Positions 1 to 12,559 of a stretch of 41,267 bases of DNA are shown here, piece by piece. The notes beneath the pieces were generated by a model. The model was not told the origin of the DNA, did no database searches, and saw nothing but the letters and a program-made list of their open reading frames with translations. This DNA comes from Octopus sinensis (lineage: Eukaryota), in assembly GCF_006345805.1 (NCBI RefSeq), contig NW_021835384.1, forward strand, positions 1 to 41,267. The letters run 5' to 3'. How positions within the stretch are numbered: position 1 is the stretch's first letter; each line of letters starts with the position of its first letter. The translations under genes and the position numbers were made by a program.

Positions 1-96
1 CTTCCGTTAAATCATGATGAGGATGTCGTGCCTAAGGCAGGATGTCCGTGTGGTTGCGTAGTTGATAGAACGGATGTCGTCACCTGTTCTTCATGA
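1..96 (+). CDS. possible end of a terminal coding exon (LPLNHDEDVVPKAGCPCGCVVDRTDVVTCSS*), gene truncated by window edge
   Basis: Frame +1 open from base 1 to TGA at 94-96; GC-richer than flanks; followed by AT-rich sequence with AATAAA (~233, ~248). No homology recognised. Confidence 0.2.
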   Translation, partial: LPLNHDEDVVPKAGCPCGCVVDRTDVVTCSS

Positions 97-406
97 CAGC
101 CAGTTGCCATCTTGTCCGCGGGGCATGGCTGAGATAATCTGTACATGGAGTGTGCAGTTGAAATTATTATTTTTGCTGTTTTGGGGTTTTTTTCTCGTTG
201 TGTATACGAATATTTTTGATTGAAATATATATAATAAATGGCTTTGTAAATAAATATCCAATTAAAAAACTATCATAACTGTTAAATCCTTATATGTTTA
301 GTTAATTCTAATTTTCTGATTTTCTCTTTTTATAAGTATGTGGCTATTTATTTTGTGACATTTTTTAGTTACATCGTTTGTTAAGCATATAGATAGAAAA
401 ACAGAA

Positions 407-534
<128 letters not shown>

Positions 535-1114
535 GCCAGATACATTTTCGCAAATACACAACGCTCCTTGGCAACATTCAGTTGTACATTTACTGAATAA
601 GTGAATGTGTAAAACATGTAATGTAATCCGCAAATCCATTCAGCTCTTTAATTCGTCCTTGTAAACACTCTACTTGCGATTCATATTACCGACAGTGTCA
701 TATCTTTCACTACGGTAGGCACGTATATCAGCTTTATTTTCGCTTATGAGTTGAGTGATCTGTTCAGTAAATACTATGACCTTCCGAATCCAACATTTCA
801 TAAACCTCTTAACTGGTCCAGCTAGCAAAGCATTGCACATAATCCATCTCTTTCAAAAGTTTGGAATCGGCACGTTCATCTTCGATATTTGTGCCTTAAC
901 AGTAAAACTTGAGTTTATCTATGCAAGAGGTTCTTAACCAGGAGTCCATGTGGCTCCTGAGAGTTCATGTAAGATTTTGGGGGTCCATGCAACAAAATAT
1001 TAAATTGGGGGTACATAATAGTATTTTAGGGGCCTCGGAAAACATTTTGCTTTAGATGCATGTATTGCAAGCTAGTAGGTATTGCAAGAAACAGTAAGGT
1101 TTCTTTCGTCATTG

Positions 1115-1230
1115 GAGAGACCAAAGTACTAGGCTTACAAAGAATATGTCCTGTGATCGATTTGTACGACTAAAGGCGGTGCTCCAGCACAGCCGCAGTC
1201 AAATGACTGAACACAAAAGAATAAAAGAAT
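1115..1230 (+). mobile_element. 3' fragment of CORE-type tRNA-SINE (family C)
   Basis: AAGTACTAGGCTTACAAAGAA...CGACTAAAGGCGGTGCTCCAGCA...CAGTCAAATGACTGAA matches the 3' part of full copies at 4843 and 38521. Confidence 0.85.
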
Positions 1231-1234
1231 ATAT

Positions 1235-1268
<34 letters not shown>

Positions 1269-1616
1269 ATCCTGCAACAGTCTAACCGACTGCCCCTCCC
1301 TCTCAAGATATACTCGGTGTGCCGCTGAGTCCAGGATGGAATGGCTGAGAAGGTGTCTATGCTTCCACGCGACTGCATGGGCACCTGAAACATTCAGCGA
1401 AAGCATGGTGCCTGTTACAAGGTCATGCTCGCTTACGAATGCCAATTTGGCATGTGTATTCTACTATAACCCCGTGCACACCAAAGCCGTGTCAATGAAT
1501 CTGGTAGACGGAAGCTGAGAGAAGCCAGCTGCACACACACACACACAAACATGTGTATATATAGATATGTATGTGTGTGCACGTACATGTACGTGTATAT
1601 GTATGGGATTGCGTGT

Positions 1617-1657
<41 letters not shown>

Positions 1658-1658
<1 letters not shown>

Positions 1659-3030
1659 TAAATTAGAGATAAAACCACTACTAGGGCAAATCTAACAGTG
1701 AAAATCATAAGCCAATACATAGAAAAAATTAATAAAAAATTATTTAAATTAATAATTTAAACTTATAAATTATAAATATATATATATATTTATTATTATT
1801 TTATTTAATTATTTTTTTTTATATTTTTTAGTTTTTAGTTTTTTTTTATATTTTAATATTTTTTATATTTTTATATTTTTATATTTATTTATTTATTTAT
1901 TCATTTTTTTATAAACTATCAAAAAGTATTAAAAGTTTAATAAGATAAAGAGTAAAAACACTACGATCGTTTCATGCCCGTAACCAATTCGAATAACGAT
2001 AATTTAAATTCAATTAATAATTCGAGTTATGGTTACAGTCAATCTTCAGGTTAATTGTAATATTTTAAGAAATATTTTTTAAGAAATAAATAATATAATA
2101 AATTTTCTTATAAAACACTCTATTATCAAACAAGAAACTTAACGATTATGATTATGTTAAATATTAATTTTAATTTTTAAGTATTAATTTTTAAGGCAAG
2201 AAACCCACCAATAGTCTAATATCAGTAATAGTCAATATCTAATTACATAAATATTTTACAAAAAAAATGATTATTCATATTATCAAAATATAAAATTTAA
2301 ATAATATATAAATTATCAATGAAAATATATAAATGTATATAAATATGTATTTAAGATCTAAATAACCTCTATAAATAAATATATATGCACATATAATAAA
2401 GACCTAATAAATTAATTTTTCATATTTAAAGATGAAATAGCTAATTTCAAAAATACAAACAAACCATCTTAAACGAACGCTATAGTAAATTAACTATCTT
2501 TATCTCTTTGGCTAAATAATAACTTTCAAAAATCTTATCTTTAAAGTACTTAAAGAAATAATCAATTCGTAGTTATATAGTAACAAATAAATACCATAAA
2601 TATATTTATCAATGGGAATAATGTAACTAGCAAATAACAACTTAAAAAGACAATATATAAGTTAAAATAATAATTATAAGAAATTTAAAAATACAATTAA
2701 TGCTATTAATACATGTATATACATGATCTAACTTATACAAACTCATATACTTGCTATCAAACAACATATCTATCGCTAAGTAAATTCTTACGATAAACTT
2801 AAAGTTAATATCTAATAATTATATAGAAAAATACGATAATGGATAAACAACGAATATACATAAAAAAACAATAATATTATACCATAAAACTTATAAATAG
2901 TAAAATTTAAAGATCTTAAATATAAATATATACTTATCTTAGCGAGGTTTTGTAATGTATATATTACGTAGTTCAACCAACACAAGTTAATGTGTGAAAC
3001 ACAAAATAATAATTTTGAAAGAAGCACCCA
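1658..3030 (-). mobile_element. extremely AT-rich insertion starting at a (TA)n tract, probable Penelope-like element remnant
   Basis: Abuts (TA)n; carries a hammerhead-like motif at 1957-2053; no readable ORF; right boundary approximate. Confidence 0.4.
1957..2053 (-). ncRNA. minimal type-I hammerhead ribozyme motif with long stem II
   Basis: Minus strand: aac CTGAAGA ttgactgtaacca...tggttacgggcat GAAA CGATCG TA gtgtt; stem III is palindromic (ACGATCGT); stem I is weak. Confidence 0.6.
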
Positions 3031-3898
3031 TAAAGCTAGTTTTTAAGCATCGAATGGCTATAAGGGTCCACCAGAATAAAATAGCAATCAAAGGGATCCA
3101 CAGCTAGAAAAAACAATGGTCAAGAACCCCTGCGAAGGACTTAATTGCTTGCATCCTTCCTGTCATTAAAACCCTCTCCCTAAGCCTTGATGAACATCCT
3201 GAAGTCATAATCCAGCATGGGAAATAGAATAGGTTTTCATTGAAATGACTAACCAATATTTTCCACGTTGCTTGCTTGAAGGTTTATGCACATGCGTGAA
3301 TTAAAACTTTTGACAATGCTGAGGTATCTTCATTGGCATACAGTCAAATAGATTGAAGAGAAGTCAGTATTAAGTTGTTAACATTTGTCACTCAGCGTGG
3401 TTAATCAATATTTATGATCATATTAGTCTGGCTTGTTTACCTATTCACAAGTCTCATAGCGAATTCTTGTTCTTTTCAATTGCTTCGCATTAAGTCATTC
3501 AATTAATTCTATCTGATGCTGTACACCTTCTGTTACACAAGCGATACTTGTTCTTACATTTCCAATTTCAGTAGTTATAGTACTATTACCAGCTTTATCA
3601 TCAATAAAATATTCTATTATCCTGCGTACTTTCTTACTTTACGGTTTGTACTTTCAACAACATAATGATGTCCACTATCTCTGGTTCTATTGCTCATTGC
3701 TTTCTGCAATGCAAATAAAGTTCTATGAAATAGGCATTTAAAGACTTATAGTTTTACGTACAGCGGCAATCCAAAGCTGTGTACTACTAGGTAGCATTTT
3801 GTAAAGCATAGCTTGTACGATAAAATTTCAAAACAGAGTAAGGGTTGCGAAAAATATAATTTGGTCTGATTTTGGTACAAAAACTCGCTAAGTGAAGG

Positions 3899-4290
3899 TA
3901 AACTTAGTTAAACTTAGATATGTTTCGACCAAAGATTGGTCAAGGCCATGTCTAACTTAATAGCACCACCTGATAGGATTATCTAAATCCTGTTTAAGTC
4001 AAGTTTTGTTTATGGCCCATTCCAGTAAAGAGTTCTTGTTGAGTGAGTTCTATCCAGATCTGGGTGACTTATCCGGTATTTCTTGAAAAAAATCTGTCCA
4101 GACTCCATTTAAAGGTGATGGGATCCTTTTCCTCTTTGATCACTTTTGGGACAATATTAAATAGGGCAGGACCTGTTGAGGAAAAGAAATTATGTTGCAG
4201 TGTACCTATATACTGTGATCCTGAATTGGGCAGGGGACGTATGGCTCGTGGTCCCAGGCTTGGACGAACCTTGAAACTAATGTTCATGTC
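3899..4290 (-). mobile_element. 3' end of CR1/L2-group LINE (ORF2 C-terminus remnant plus 3'UTR)
   Basis: Peptide ...HNFFSSTGPALFNIVPKVIKEEKDPITFKWSLDRF matches the 'FS.RGP.LFN.LP..I.......FK..LD' C-terminal motif of CR1/L2/Jockey-group RTs; short tandem tail (CTAAGTTTAA)2. Confidence 0.75.
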
Positions 4291-4842
4291 GTTTGGGCAA
4301 TGTTGGCAATGTTGCGACAAAATGAATAAATAGATAAATAAAATGAAATAAAAATAAAACGAAAAATCTTGGAAAAAGTTAATTAATTGCACGTCTTGTC
4401 TTTCGGCCTGTCTTAATTTCAAATAGAATGTCTTATGTTTGAAGTAGTGAGAAGTTTTTAGATATAAGAATAGAGTATGTGAACACACCTAATTCATTCA
4501 ACAATATGGAAAAAGAGGTTTGCAATGATTGTACTTTAAAAGTATTTTTATTAGCTCATGTGCCGAAATATTTTGTATTGCTGGAAAAATCTGAGAATTA
4601 GTTTTTGTGTGGAACTTTCTGAACCGTGATATAATACAATTCTATTAGTATTACACTGTTTTGCAAGTAGTACTAAACAAAAATATATATAGATTGTCTT
4701 TACCTGAAGTGTAGCAATTAATATTTTAGATCCTCTTTGAATATTTGATGTGCTAATGTATACAAATCAGCAAGGACAAGATACGGAGTGGTTAATCATA
4801 ATGAACACAATGATGGCGGCCCTATTTATTATTTTTTAATAA

Positions 4843-5265
4843 AGCGTAGGAGTGGCTGTATGGTAAGTAGCTTGCTTACCAACCACATGGTTCCGGGTTC
4901 AGTCCCACTGCGTGGCACCATGGGCAAGTGTCTTCTACTATAGCCTCGAGCCGACCAAAGCCTTGTGAGTGGATTTGATAGACGGAAACTGAAAGAAGCC
5001 CATCGTATATATGTATATATGTGTGTATGTATGTGTGTGTATATGTTTGTGTGTCTGTGTTTGTCCCCCCTCCCACAATCGCTTGACAACCGATGCTGGT
5101 GTTTTACGTCCCCGTAACTTAGCGGTTCGGTGAATGTGACCGATAGAATAAGTACTAGGCTTACAAAGATAAAGTCCTGGGGTCGATTTACTCGACAAAA
5201 AGGCGGTGCTCCAGCATGGCCACGGTGAAATGACTGAAACAAGTAAAAGAGTAAAAGAGTAAAAA
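4843..5265 (+). mobile_element. full-length CORE-type tRNA-SINE (family C) with internal (TA)/(TG) microsatellite
   Basis: A-box-like TGGCTGTATGG, B-box-like GGTTCAGTCCC, CORE-like TGGGCAAGTGTCTT, tail (GTAAAAGA)n; highly similar to 35950 and 38521 copies. Confidence 0.92.
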
Positions 5266-5915
5266 GCTTGAGATTTACCTGCTACCCGCCATGACTGAGA
5301 CATTAAAAAGATTAAGCGATAAAGTCGATAGCTTAGTCAAGTAAACTTCCATCATTCTTTTCTTCACTGTGGATTCTACCCTCTAAAAATTCCAAATAAG
5401 GCTACTTCTCTTAAAAAATCTGAGAATATTAGACTAATTTGAACAGATAATCTGATATGAAATTATCTTCATTGGCGAATAACCGCCAACATTTCCGATA
5501 AACTCAATCTGTCTTTACGGACTAATTCACTTCTTTATGTAGACGCTGGAGACTTTTGCTTGCGGCACTTGCTGACTTTTCTGAAGTGAGAAATGCCTCA
5601 AGTCTAAGTATTGCAATTATCAGAATATGTAGGCAGGAAAACTGCTTTCTTTTAAATCCAGGGAAAATCTGAATGGTTTAGATTTACTTCTGTGTAAATC
5701 CTGACTTTGTTTTAAACCAAATCTAAAACATCTAAAACACAAGCAGATTTACCAATGTGTTTGTGTGTGTGTATGCACACACACACACATACATACATAT
5801 ATATATATACACATTATATATATATAATATATATATATATCTATATACATACATCATACATAAGACATAAATACATACATACATACATATATATACATAT
5901 ATAAATAATATAAAT

Positions 5916-6051
5916 GCGCCCTTTAAAGCCTAGCCAGTTTCAATGGCGTCTGTGTGGACGGGACGCCAGTCCATCGCAGCGTTACTCGTTTGCTAGCTGA
6001 GTGGACTGGAGCAATGTTAAATGAAAGTTTTGCTCAAGAACACAACGCGTC
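5916..6051 (-). mobile_element. fragment of V-domain-like tRNA-SINE (family V)
   Basis: Contains GGACGGGACGCCAGTCCATCGCAG and TTTGCTCAAGAACACAACGCG shared with 20996-21243. Confidence 0.85.
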
Positions 6052-6853
6052 ATATATATATATGTATATAGAAATATATATATATATTATATAATATGTG
6101 TGTATATATATATATATTTTATTATATAGATATATATATATATAATATATTTATATATATTATATATATTATATATATATATTATATATATAATATATAT
6201 TATATATATATATATATAGATGCATTATTCTCTTTGGATGTGGAATCCTAATATAACGTAAGCTTTGTACATGTGCTCGGTCTGAAGTTGAAAATGTGAC
6301 TATATTAAATTGAGCTTGATACCTATGTTATGGCCTTACTTAATAACATAAGGTTAAGGTAGAAACTGTGCACAATAAACTACTTTCACACCTATTTGAA
6401 AATCCCGATTTAATTTATCGACTATGGTTAGCATTTATAATATATTAGTAATAATCTGATTCGTTCAACCGATCTAATTTATGAGAAAAATCATGATTAA
6501 ACTCAATTATTGTGATTGAGATTAATGCACTGCAATAATGAAATAGGATGGCTAGACTATTAATTAACAGACATCAAACAAAGATAAAGCAACACTACTC
6601 GTTTCCCATAGCCATTTAATTTGAGTGCAGGTGTAACAGCGATTTTCCGGAAACTTGCGTTTCAAAGTCTTTCCCGATTATTGATTTTTTTCTGAACCAG
6701 AGGTGACCACCTTAGTCAACACACTCTAAAATAAATATAACGTTCTTTAAAAGAATATTCATTAGCGACAGAGGCAATATTAATACCGAGAGGTAATATT
6801 TATCCCAACTTAAACGTGGGTGTTCTGTTGGAACAAATTATACTGCGATATTT

Positions 6854-7205
6854 TTTTTCTCTCGCCCTTTTCAAGCCTAGCCAGGCTCATGGGCCCGGTT
6901 TCCCGGTTTCTGTGGCGTATATGTTGCCCCCAGCTGGACGCCAGTCCATCGCAGAAATGTTCCTTCTCGAGCCATGCCAGGCTCATAAGGGCCGGTTTCC
7001 CGGTTTCAGCGGCGTAGAAATTCCCTACCTGGACCGGACGCCGGTCCGTCGCAGGTTAACTCATTTTTGCCAGCTGAGTGGACTGGAGCAACGTGAAATG
7101 AAGTGTTTTGCTCAAGAACACAACACATCAACCGGTCCAGGAATCGAAACCACAACCTTACGATCATGAGTTCAACACCCTAATTACTAAGCCACGCGCC
7201 TCCAC
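6854..7205 (-). mobile_element. tRNA-SINE family V (head A) with duplicated 3' module
   Basis: Head GGAGGCGCGTGGCTTAG...GGTTTCGATTCC; two tandem tail modules (~6865-6955, ~6960-7055); imperfect TSD CTGC(G/T)ATATTT at 6843-6853 / 7208-7218. Confidence 0.88.
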
Positions 7206-7592
7206 ACCTGCTATATTTACCATGAGAAAAATTCTCATATTAGATATAGGTGCAAATTTCGCTGTTGTTTATACTGCTATCAAGGAGATAAAGCCCCGCT
7301 ACCTCCAGCACAGAAACCACCAAAAACACATGATTTCGACCTTGTTTGGTCTTGTCAATGATGAACGCTCGACCACTAGAGACAGCAGCTACTCATCTCC
7401 TCACCAGCTGTGCCAAAACAGGTGCTGGTGTCGCGACTAGCCAATGAGCTTGTTAAAATAAATATATATATATATATTAGCGACAGAGGCAGTATTAATA
7501 CCAAGAGGTAATATTTATCCCCACTTAAATCTGGATGTTCAGTTAGAACAAACTATACTGCGGTATTTACCATGAGAGAAACTCTCATATTA

Positions 7593-7823
7593 AGGCAGCG
7601 AGCTGGCAGAAACGTTAGCACGCCGGGCGAAATGCTTAGCGGTATTTCGTCTGCCGTTACGATCTGAGTTCAAATTCCACCGAGGTCGACTTTGCCTTTC
7701 ATACTTTCGGGTGGATTAAATAAGTAGCAGTTATGCATTGGGGTCGATATAATCGACTTAATCCGTTTGTATGTCCTTGTTTGTCCCCTCTGTATGTAGT
7801 CCCTTGTGGGTAGTAAAGAAATA
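7593..7823 (+). mobile_element. tRNA-SINE family M, long-tail variant, with 16-bp TSD
   Basis: Head GGCAGCGAGCTGGCAGAAACGTTAGC, B-box GAGTTCAAATTCC, central GTCGACTTTGCCTTTCAT; TSD AGAAACTCTCATATTA at 7577-7592 and 7824-7839. Confidence 0.95.
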
Positions 7824-8004
7824 AGAAACTCTCATATTAGATTTTAATGCAAAATGCTTGCTTGTTTATATCGCTAGCGGGAAGACTAGCGCAGAGACTA
7901 GCGATATAAACAAGCGAATATTTTTCGCTAGAAGCCAATATGAGAGTTTCTCTCATGGTGTCTCATGGTTTGTTTTAACAGAATAACCACGTGGGGATAA
8001 ATAT

Positions 8005-8225
8005 CTTTCTTTAATCGTTAACTTGTTTCAGTCATTGGACTGCAGCCATGTTGAGGCCCATTTCTTAAGGGTTTAGTCGAACGAATCGAACCCAGTACAT
8101 TTCTTTTTTTCAAAACTGGTACTTATGTTATCGATCACTTTGTCGGACCACAACGTTACGGTTACGTAAACAAACCAATACCGATTGGTCAAGCTGTGGT
8201 AAGAGACAAAACACACACACCCATA
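8005..8225 (-). mobile_element. 3' half of family C SINE, diverged
   Basis: CTTGTTTCAGTCATTGGACTGCAGCCATG is the reverse complement of the family C tail. Confidence 0.8.
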
Positions 8226-8246
8226 TAATATATGTGTGTGTGTGTG

Positions 8247-8279
<33 letters not shown>

Positions 8280-8339
8280 ATGTATATATGTATGTATGTA
8301 TGGTGTGTATATATGTATGTATGCATGTATGTATGTATA

Positions 8340-8530
8340 AACCCCTTTGGTCATGAATAACCATGGGTTTGCATCTAGAAAGTTACCCTCCGAGGCACAA
8401 GTCTGGGCAAGATTGTTTATGGAAAACGAGCAGTTGCCCATGCATACCAACCACTCCTCTCCACGCCATCGATATTATCCAAGTGACAGATAAAATCTGA
8501 TACAGCTTGGCACCAGTGACGTTGCAACAC
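8340..8530 (-). mobile_element. 3' fragment of SINE family R (see 24111-24433)
   Basis: ACCCCTTTGGTCATGAATAACCATGGG...CAGCTTGGCACCAGTGACG nearly matches 24121-24301. Confidence 0.85.
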
Positions 8531-8589
8531 ATTTATATATATATGTATATATATATACTATAGATATATATAGATATTATATATCATAT

Positions 8590-8620
<31 letters not shown>

Positions 8621-8734
8621 AACAGCCGAAACTGCGATGAGGGATCAGTTTCTGACTGAAGAATGAAGGCTTGAATGACTGCTTGTCTTTTTGGTCGATC
8701 TTCGTGTATTTCACGTTATTTATTTATATAAAGG

Positions 8735-8776
8735 TCTATTTATATATATAATATATATATATATAATATATATATC

Positions 8777-8809
<33 letters not shown>

Positions 8810-8836
8810 GTATGTATGTATATAGATAGATAGATA

Positions 8837-8869
<33 letters not shown>

Positions 8870-8977
8870 GATAGATAGATAGATAGATAGATAGGCTAGA
8901 TAGATAGATAGATAGATATAGATACATAGATAGATAGATAGATAGATAGATAGACATACATACATACATACATACAT
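8735..8977. repeat. compound (TA)n/(GATA)n/(CATA)n microsatellite
   Basis: Direct reading. Confidence 0.95.
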
Positions 8978-9397
8978 AAGTACGCTTTGGGTTTTATTTT
9001 CATTCTCAGGAGGTTTTTTACCCCGTCTTTTTATGAGCTGTTGTATATTGTTTCATTTACATTTTAACAATCTAGTAAAACGTCTTACTTTCAAATCTCT
9101 CAATTCTTTAAACATACGATCCAAGACAAACAACCAAACACGCACAAACATACACACAAACACACACAAACATACACACAAGCACACACACACAACACAC
9201 TCACACACACACTGAATGTTTTGTTGAGAAACAATGTGATTGATTGTTCCTTCATAACCTCTGCAATTTCTCCAATTACTTTCTGTAATGGACCTCCGCT
9301 TAATAACATGCGAAGTCTTTGTGGGAAAGCTTAGATATTTGTCTTGAGCAAAAATTCTTCTTTTTCAATTTTGCATCATGAGCTAGTTTTTGCAATA

Positions 9398-10750
9398 TTG
9401 ACAGAATCGTTACTGCATCGGAAAGAAAAGGCATCGCGATATTACCTCCAGTTCTTTACGTTCAAATCTCGCTGAGGTCAACTTTGCTTTTCATCCTTTC
9501 TGAGTTGAAAAATAAACTTCTGTTCCAGTATTGGGGTCGATGTAATCCATTTAGCCAGTTCCTTCTAAATTTGCCGACCTAGTACTAACATTTGAAACAA
9601 TACTATTATCATTAACATCATTATTATTAAGGCGGTGAGTTGGCAGAATCGATAGCACGCCGAACAAAATGCTGGGCGCCATTCCATCCGTCTTTCGGTT
9701 CTGTGCCAAGATTTGAAAACACTATGAAGGCGGAAAAGGCGGTGAAGGCAGAATCGTTAGCACGCCGGGCAAAATGCTTGGCGGTATTTCGTCTGCCGCG
9801 GCGTTCTGAGTTCAAATTCCGCCGAGGTCGACTTTGCCTTTCATCCTTTCGGGGTCGATTAAATAAGCACCAGTTACGCACTGGGGTCGATATAATCGAC
9901 TTAATCCGTTTGTCTGTTTGTTTGTCCTCTCTGTGTTTAGCCCCTTGTGGGTAGTAAAGAAATAGGTATTTCGTCTGCCGCTATGTTGTGAGTTCAAATT
10001 CCGCCGAGGTCGACTTTGCCTTTCATCCTTTTAGGGACAATAAAATAAGTAACAGTTTCACAACAGGGATCGATGGTCTTGTGCTCTATTTTGAAATCGT
10101 TATAAAGGCAACGAGCCTGCAGGTTAATACTGTTGCAGAAACAAATATATTTATTTCTTTATTGCCCACAGAGGGCTAAACATAGAGAGGACAAACAAGG
10201 ACATACAAGGGGATTAAGTCGATTACATCGACCCCAGTGATTAACTGGTACTTATTTAATCGACCCCGAAAGGATGAAAGGCAAAGTCGACCTCGGCGGA
10301 ATTTGAACTCAGAATGTAACGGCAGACGAAATACCGAAATGCCTAGCGGTATGTCGTCTGCCGTTACGTTCTGAGTTCAAATTCCGCCGAGGTCGACTTT
10401 GCCTTTCATCCTTTCGGGGTCGATTAAATAAGTGCCAGTCACACACTGGGGTCGATATAATCGACTTAATCCGTTTGTCTGTCCTTGTTTGTCCCCTCTG
10501 TGTGTAGCCCCTTGTGGGCAATAAAGAAATAAGAAACGTTATCACGCCGGGAGAAATGCTTAGCGGTATGTCGTCTGCCGTTACGTTCTGAGTTAAAATT
10601 CCGTCGAGGTCGACTTTGCCTTTCATTCTTTCGGGTACAATAAAATAAGTAACAGTTTCACAACAGAGATCGATGGCTTTTTGCTCTGTTTTGAAATCGT
10701 TATAAAGGCAAAGAACCAGTAGGTTAATGCTGTTGCAGAAACAAATACAT
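9398..10750. mobile_element. cluster of family M SINE units (+ strand copies, one - strand copy at 10151-10336)
   Basis: Repeated GAGTTCAAATTCCGCCGAGGTCGACTTTGCCTTTCATCCTTTCGGGGTCGAT blocks at ~9460, 9808, 9990, 10373, 10590 and reverse complement at ~10260-10312. Confidence 0.93.
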
Positions 10751-10817
10751 TGCGCACTGAATTCGAAATTGTTGTCTGTCTCTTCTAAATTCAAATCTTA
10801 TTTGTATCTGCTTAGGC

Positions 10818-10990
10818 TAGGGATCGGCGAACCGAAGTAAACTGTCTCAAGTGGAGTTAAAATGAAACTCTTGTGGGTAACGGGGACTCATTAGACATAA
10901 GTAAAATAAATAAAAGACAAAGCGTGTTTCTTCTTATCTATGATTTTCTTCCTTTGGGGGTAATTAGTTTTAAAAGTTCCCCGATCCCTG
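10818..10990. mobile_element. hAT-type MITE (173 bp)
   Basis: TIRs TAGGGATCGGCGAAC / GTTCCCCGATCCCTG (13/15 match); flanks GCTTAGGC / GTTTACAC resemble a decayed 8-bp TSD. Confidence 0.65.
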
Positions 10991-11094
10991 GTTTACACTT
11001 TAATCCCCCTGGGGTCCAAATTACTTACAAATAATGGTCTTTTCTCGTTTCTTATGAATCAGTGATCTTATGCCTACGTAATGAAACAAGCCGT

Positions 11095-11191
11095 ATCATT
11101 GCCGTCGTCACCATCACCGATATTGTCGTTGTCATCATCATCATCATCACCATTTTCATAATCATCATCGACATCATCATCACCATCATCG

Positions 11192-11247
<56 letters not shown>
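11095..11247. repeat. (CAT)n microsatellite
   Basis: Direct reading; gives poly-M/poly-I ORFs. Confidence 0.97.
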
Positions 11248-11248
<1 letters not shown>

Positions 11249-11668
11249 ACGTCTTTTTCATCATTTCATATTCAGTTCATTTAACCACGTGCTAACACAG
11301 CATTGCGCAGCACTAATCACTGACCCTATGAATATGTCATGGGTATGTACACATGCAAGTGTATATACATGTGCAGGAAGCCTGTATATACTATTTGTAT
11401 CGATTGTACATCAATGTTATGTCTGCACTCTTCTGTTCTAGAACAAATGTGTTTGAGACGTATAACACATAATGTTACTCTTGTATTGTCGTCTTATATA
11501 TATATATATTATATATATATATATATAGATATATATATATATATATTAGATTATACCATGTAGAAAAATTACATATTATAGAACATATCATTATTATTAT
11601 TATTATTCAATAATTATTATTCAATTCAATAATGATAAATTAGATTATATAATAAAATATATATATAT

Positions 11669-11702
<34 letters not shown>

Positions 11703-11775
11703 CATATATTAGATTATACCATTTAGAAAAATTACATATATAGAACATATCATATTATTATTATTAATTATTAAT

Positions 11776-11822
<47 letters not shown>

Positions 11823-12025
11823 GCGCGCGAACGGTGTCTGCTTCTTTTCTATCATTCATAGAACAACCATTATTTATGGCGTTCTCTTCTCAAGTTCCTC
11901 ACGTCCTGGTATCTCTGCTTTTATATTCTTTGAATATGTACAAAATGTCACGTTCTATAAAAGATATTTCGTTGCCTACTGAGAACGACATATACATATA
12001 GACTTTATATTACATTCATATATAT

Positions 12026-12065
<40 letters not shown>

Positions 12066-12559
12066 ATATATATATATATGGAGGAGAGAAAGAGAAAGAG
12101 TGAGAAAGACAGACATTCTCAGATACACACACACACACTTACGTACACATACACACAAGTAAACATAGACATTTACGAGGAAACAGTATTTCGTGGATGA
12201 ATGTCTCTGATAGTCATATGTGGTCTATTGGCTTTTTATTTCTCTCTGTTGGTTGAATCCTGCATGTCCCCAAGAACAGCTGTACTTTCACGTTTCACAG
12301 ACCTATTATATATGGTTTATATTTATTTATATTGCTTTTCTTTAATACAACAGCTAGACTTTCCAGTAGATATATCTTCCTCTAATTTTGTCGTGTCTTC
12401 CTTCTTACTATATGTATTGAGTTTTTGATTATAGACATCGAGAAACATGTGATTAATGGTCTCTCTCCAAGTTTTTTTGCTCATTTGGTCGTTGATTTTT
12501 ACATTCTGCTTCATTGTGCTATTGTTGTGGCGGTGGTAGTTGTGGTGACGTGAGGTTGT

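Larger units (their letters stand above)
925..3132. mobile_element. hAT-Charlie/MER5-like non-autonomous DNA transposon, split by later insertions
   Basis: Left end AAGAGGTTCTTAACCAGGAGTCCATG and right end ...TGGTCAAGAACCCCTG resemble Charlie-type CAGGGGTTCT(C/T)AAC termini in inverted orientation; GGGTCCA motifs near both ends. No clear 8-bp TSD. Confidence 0.55.
6761..8004. repeat. unclassified repeat cluster: two direct copies plus one inverted copy of a ~170-bp unit, each direct copy interrupted by a SINE
   Basis: ATTAGCGACAGAGGCA.TATTAATACC.AGAGGTAATATTTATCCC at 6761 and 7476; inverted copy 7898-8004 with perfect 18-bp IR GCTTGTTTATATCGCTAG (7860-7877 / 7898-7915). Confidence 0.8.

Noticed and set aside
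1700-3030. Very AT-rich block resembling mitochondrial DNA (NUMT)
   Set aside because: No mitochondrial gene, rRNA or tRNA motif recognised; hammerhead motif and (TA)n junction favour a mobile element.
11546-11765. ~55-bp direct duplication (ATTAGATTATACCAT.TAGAAAAATTAC) between microsatellites
   Set aside because: Most simply slippage or long-read assembly stutter in low-complexity DNA.
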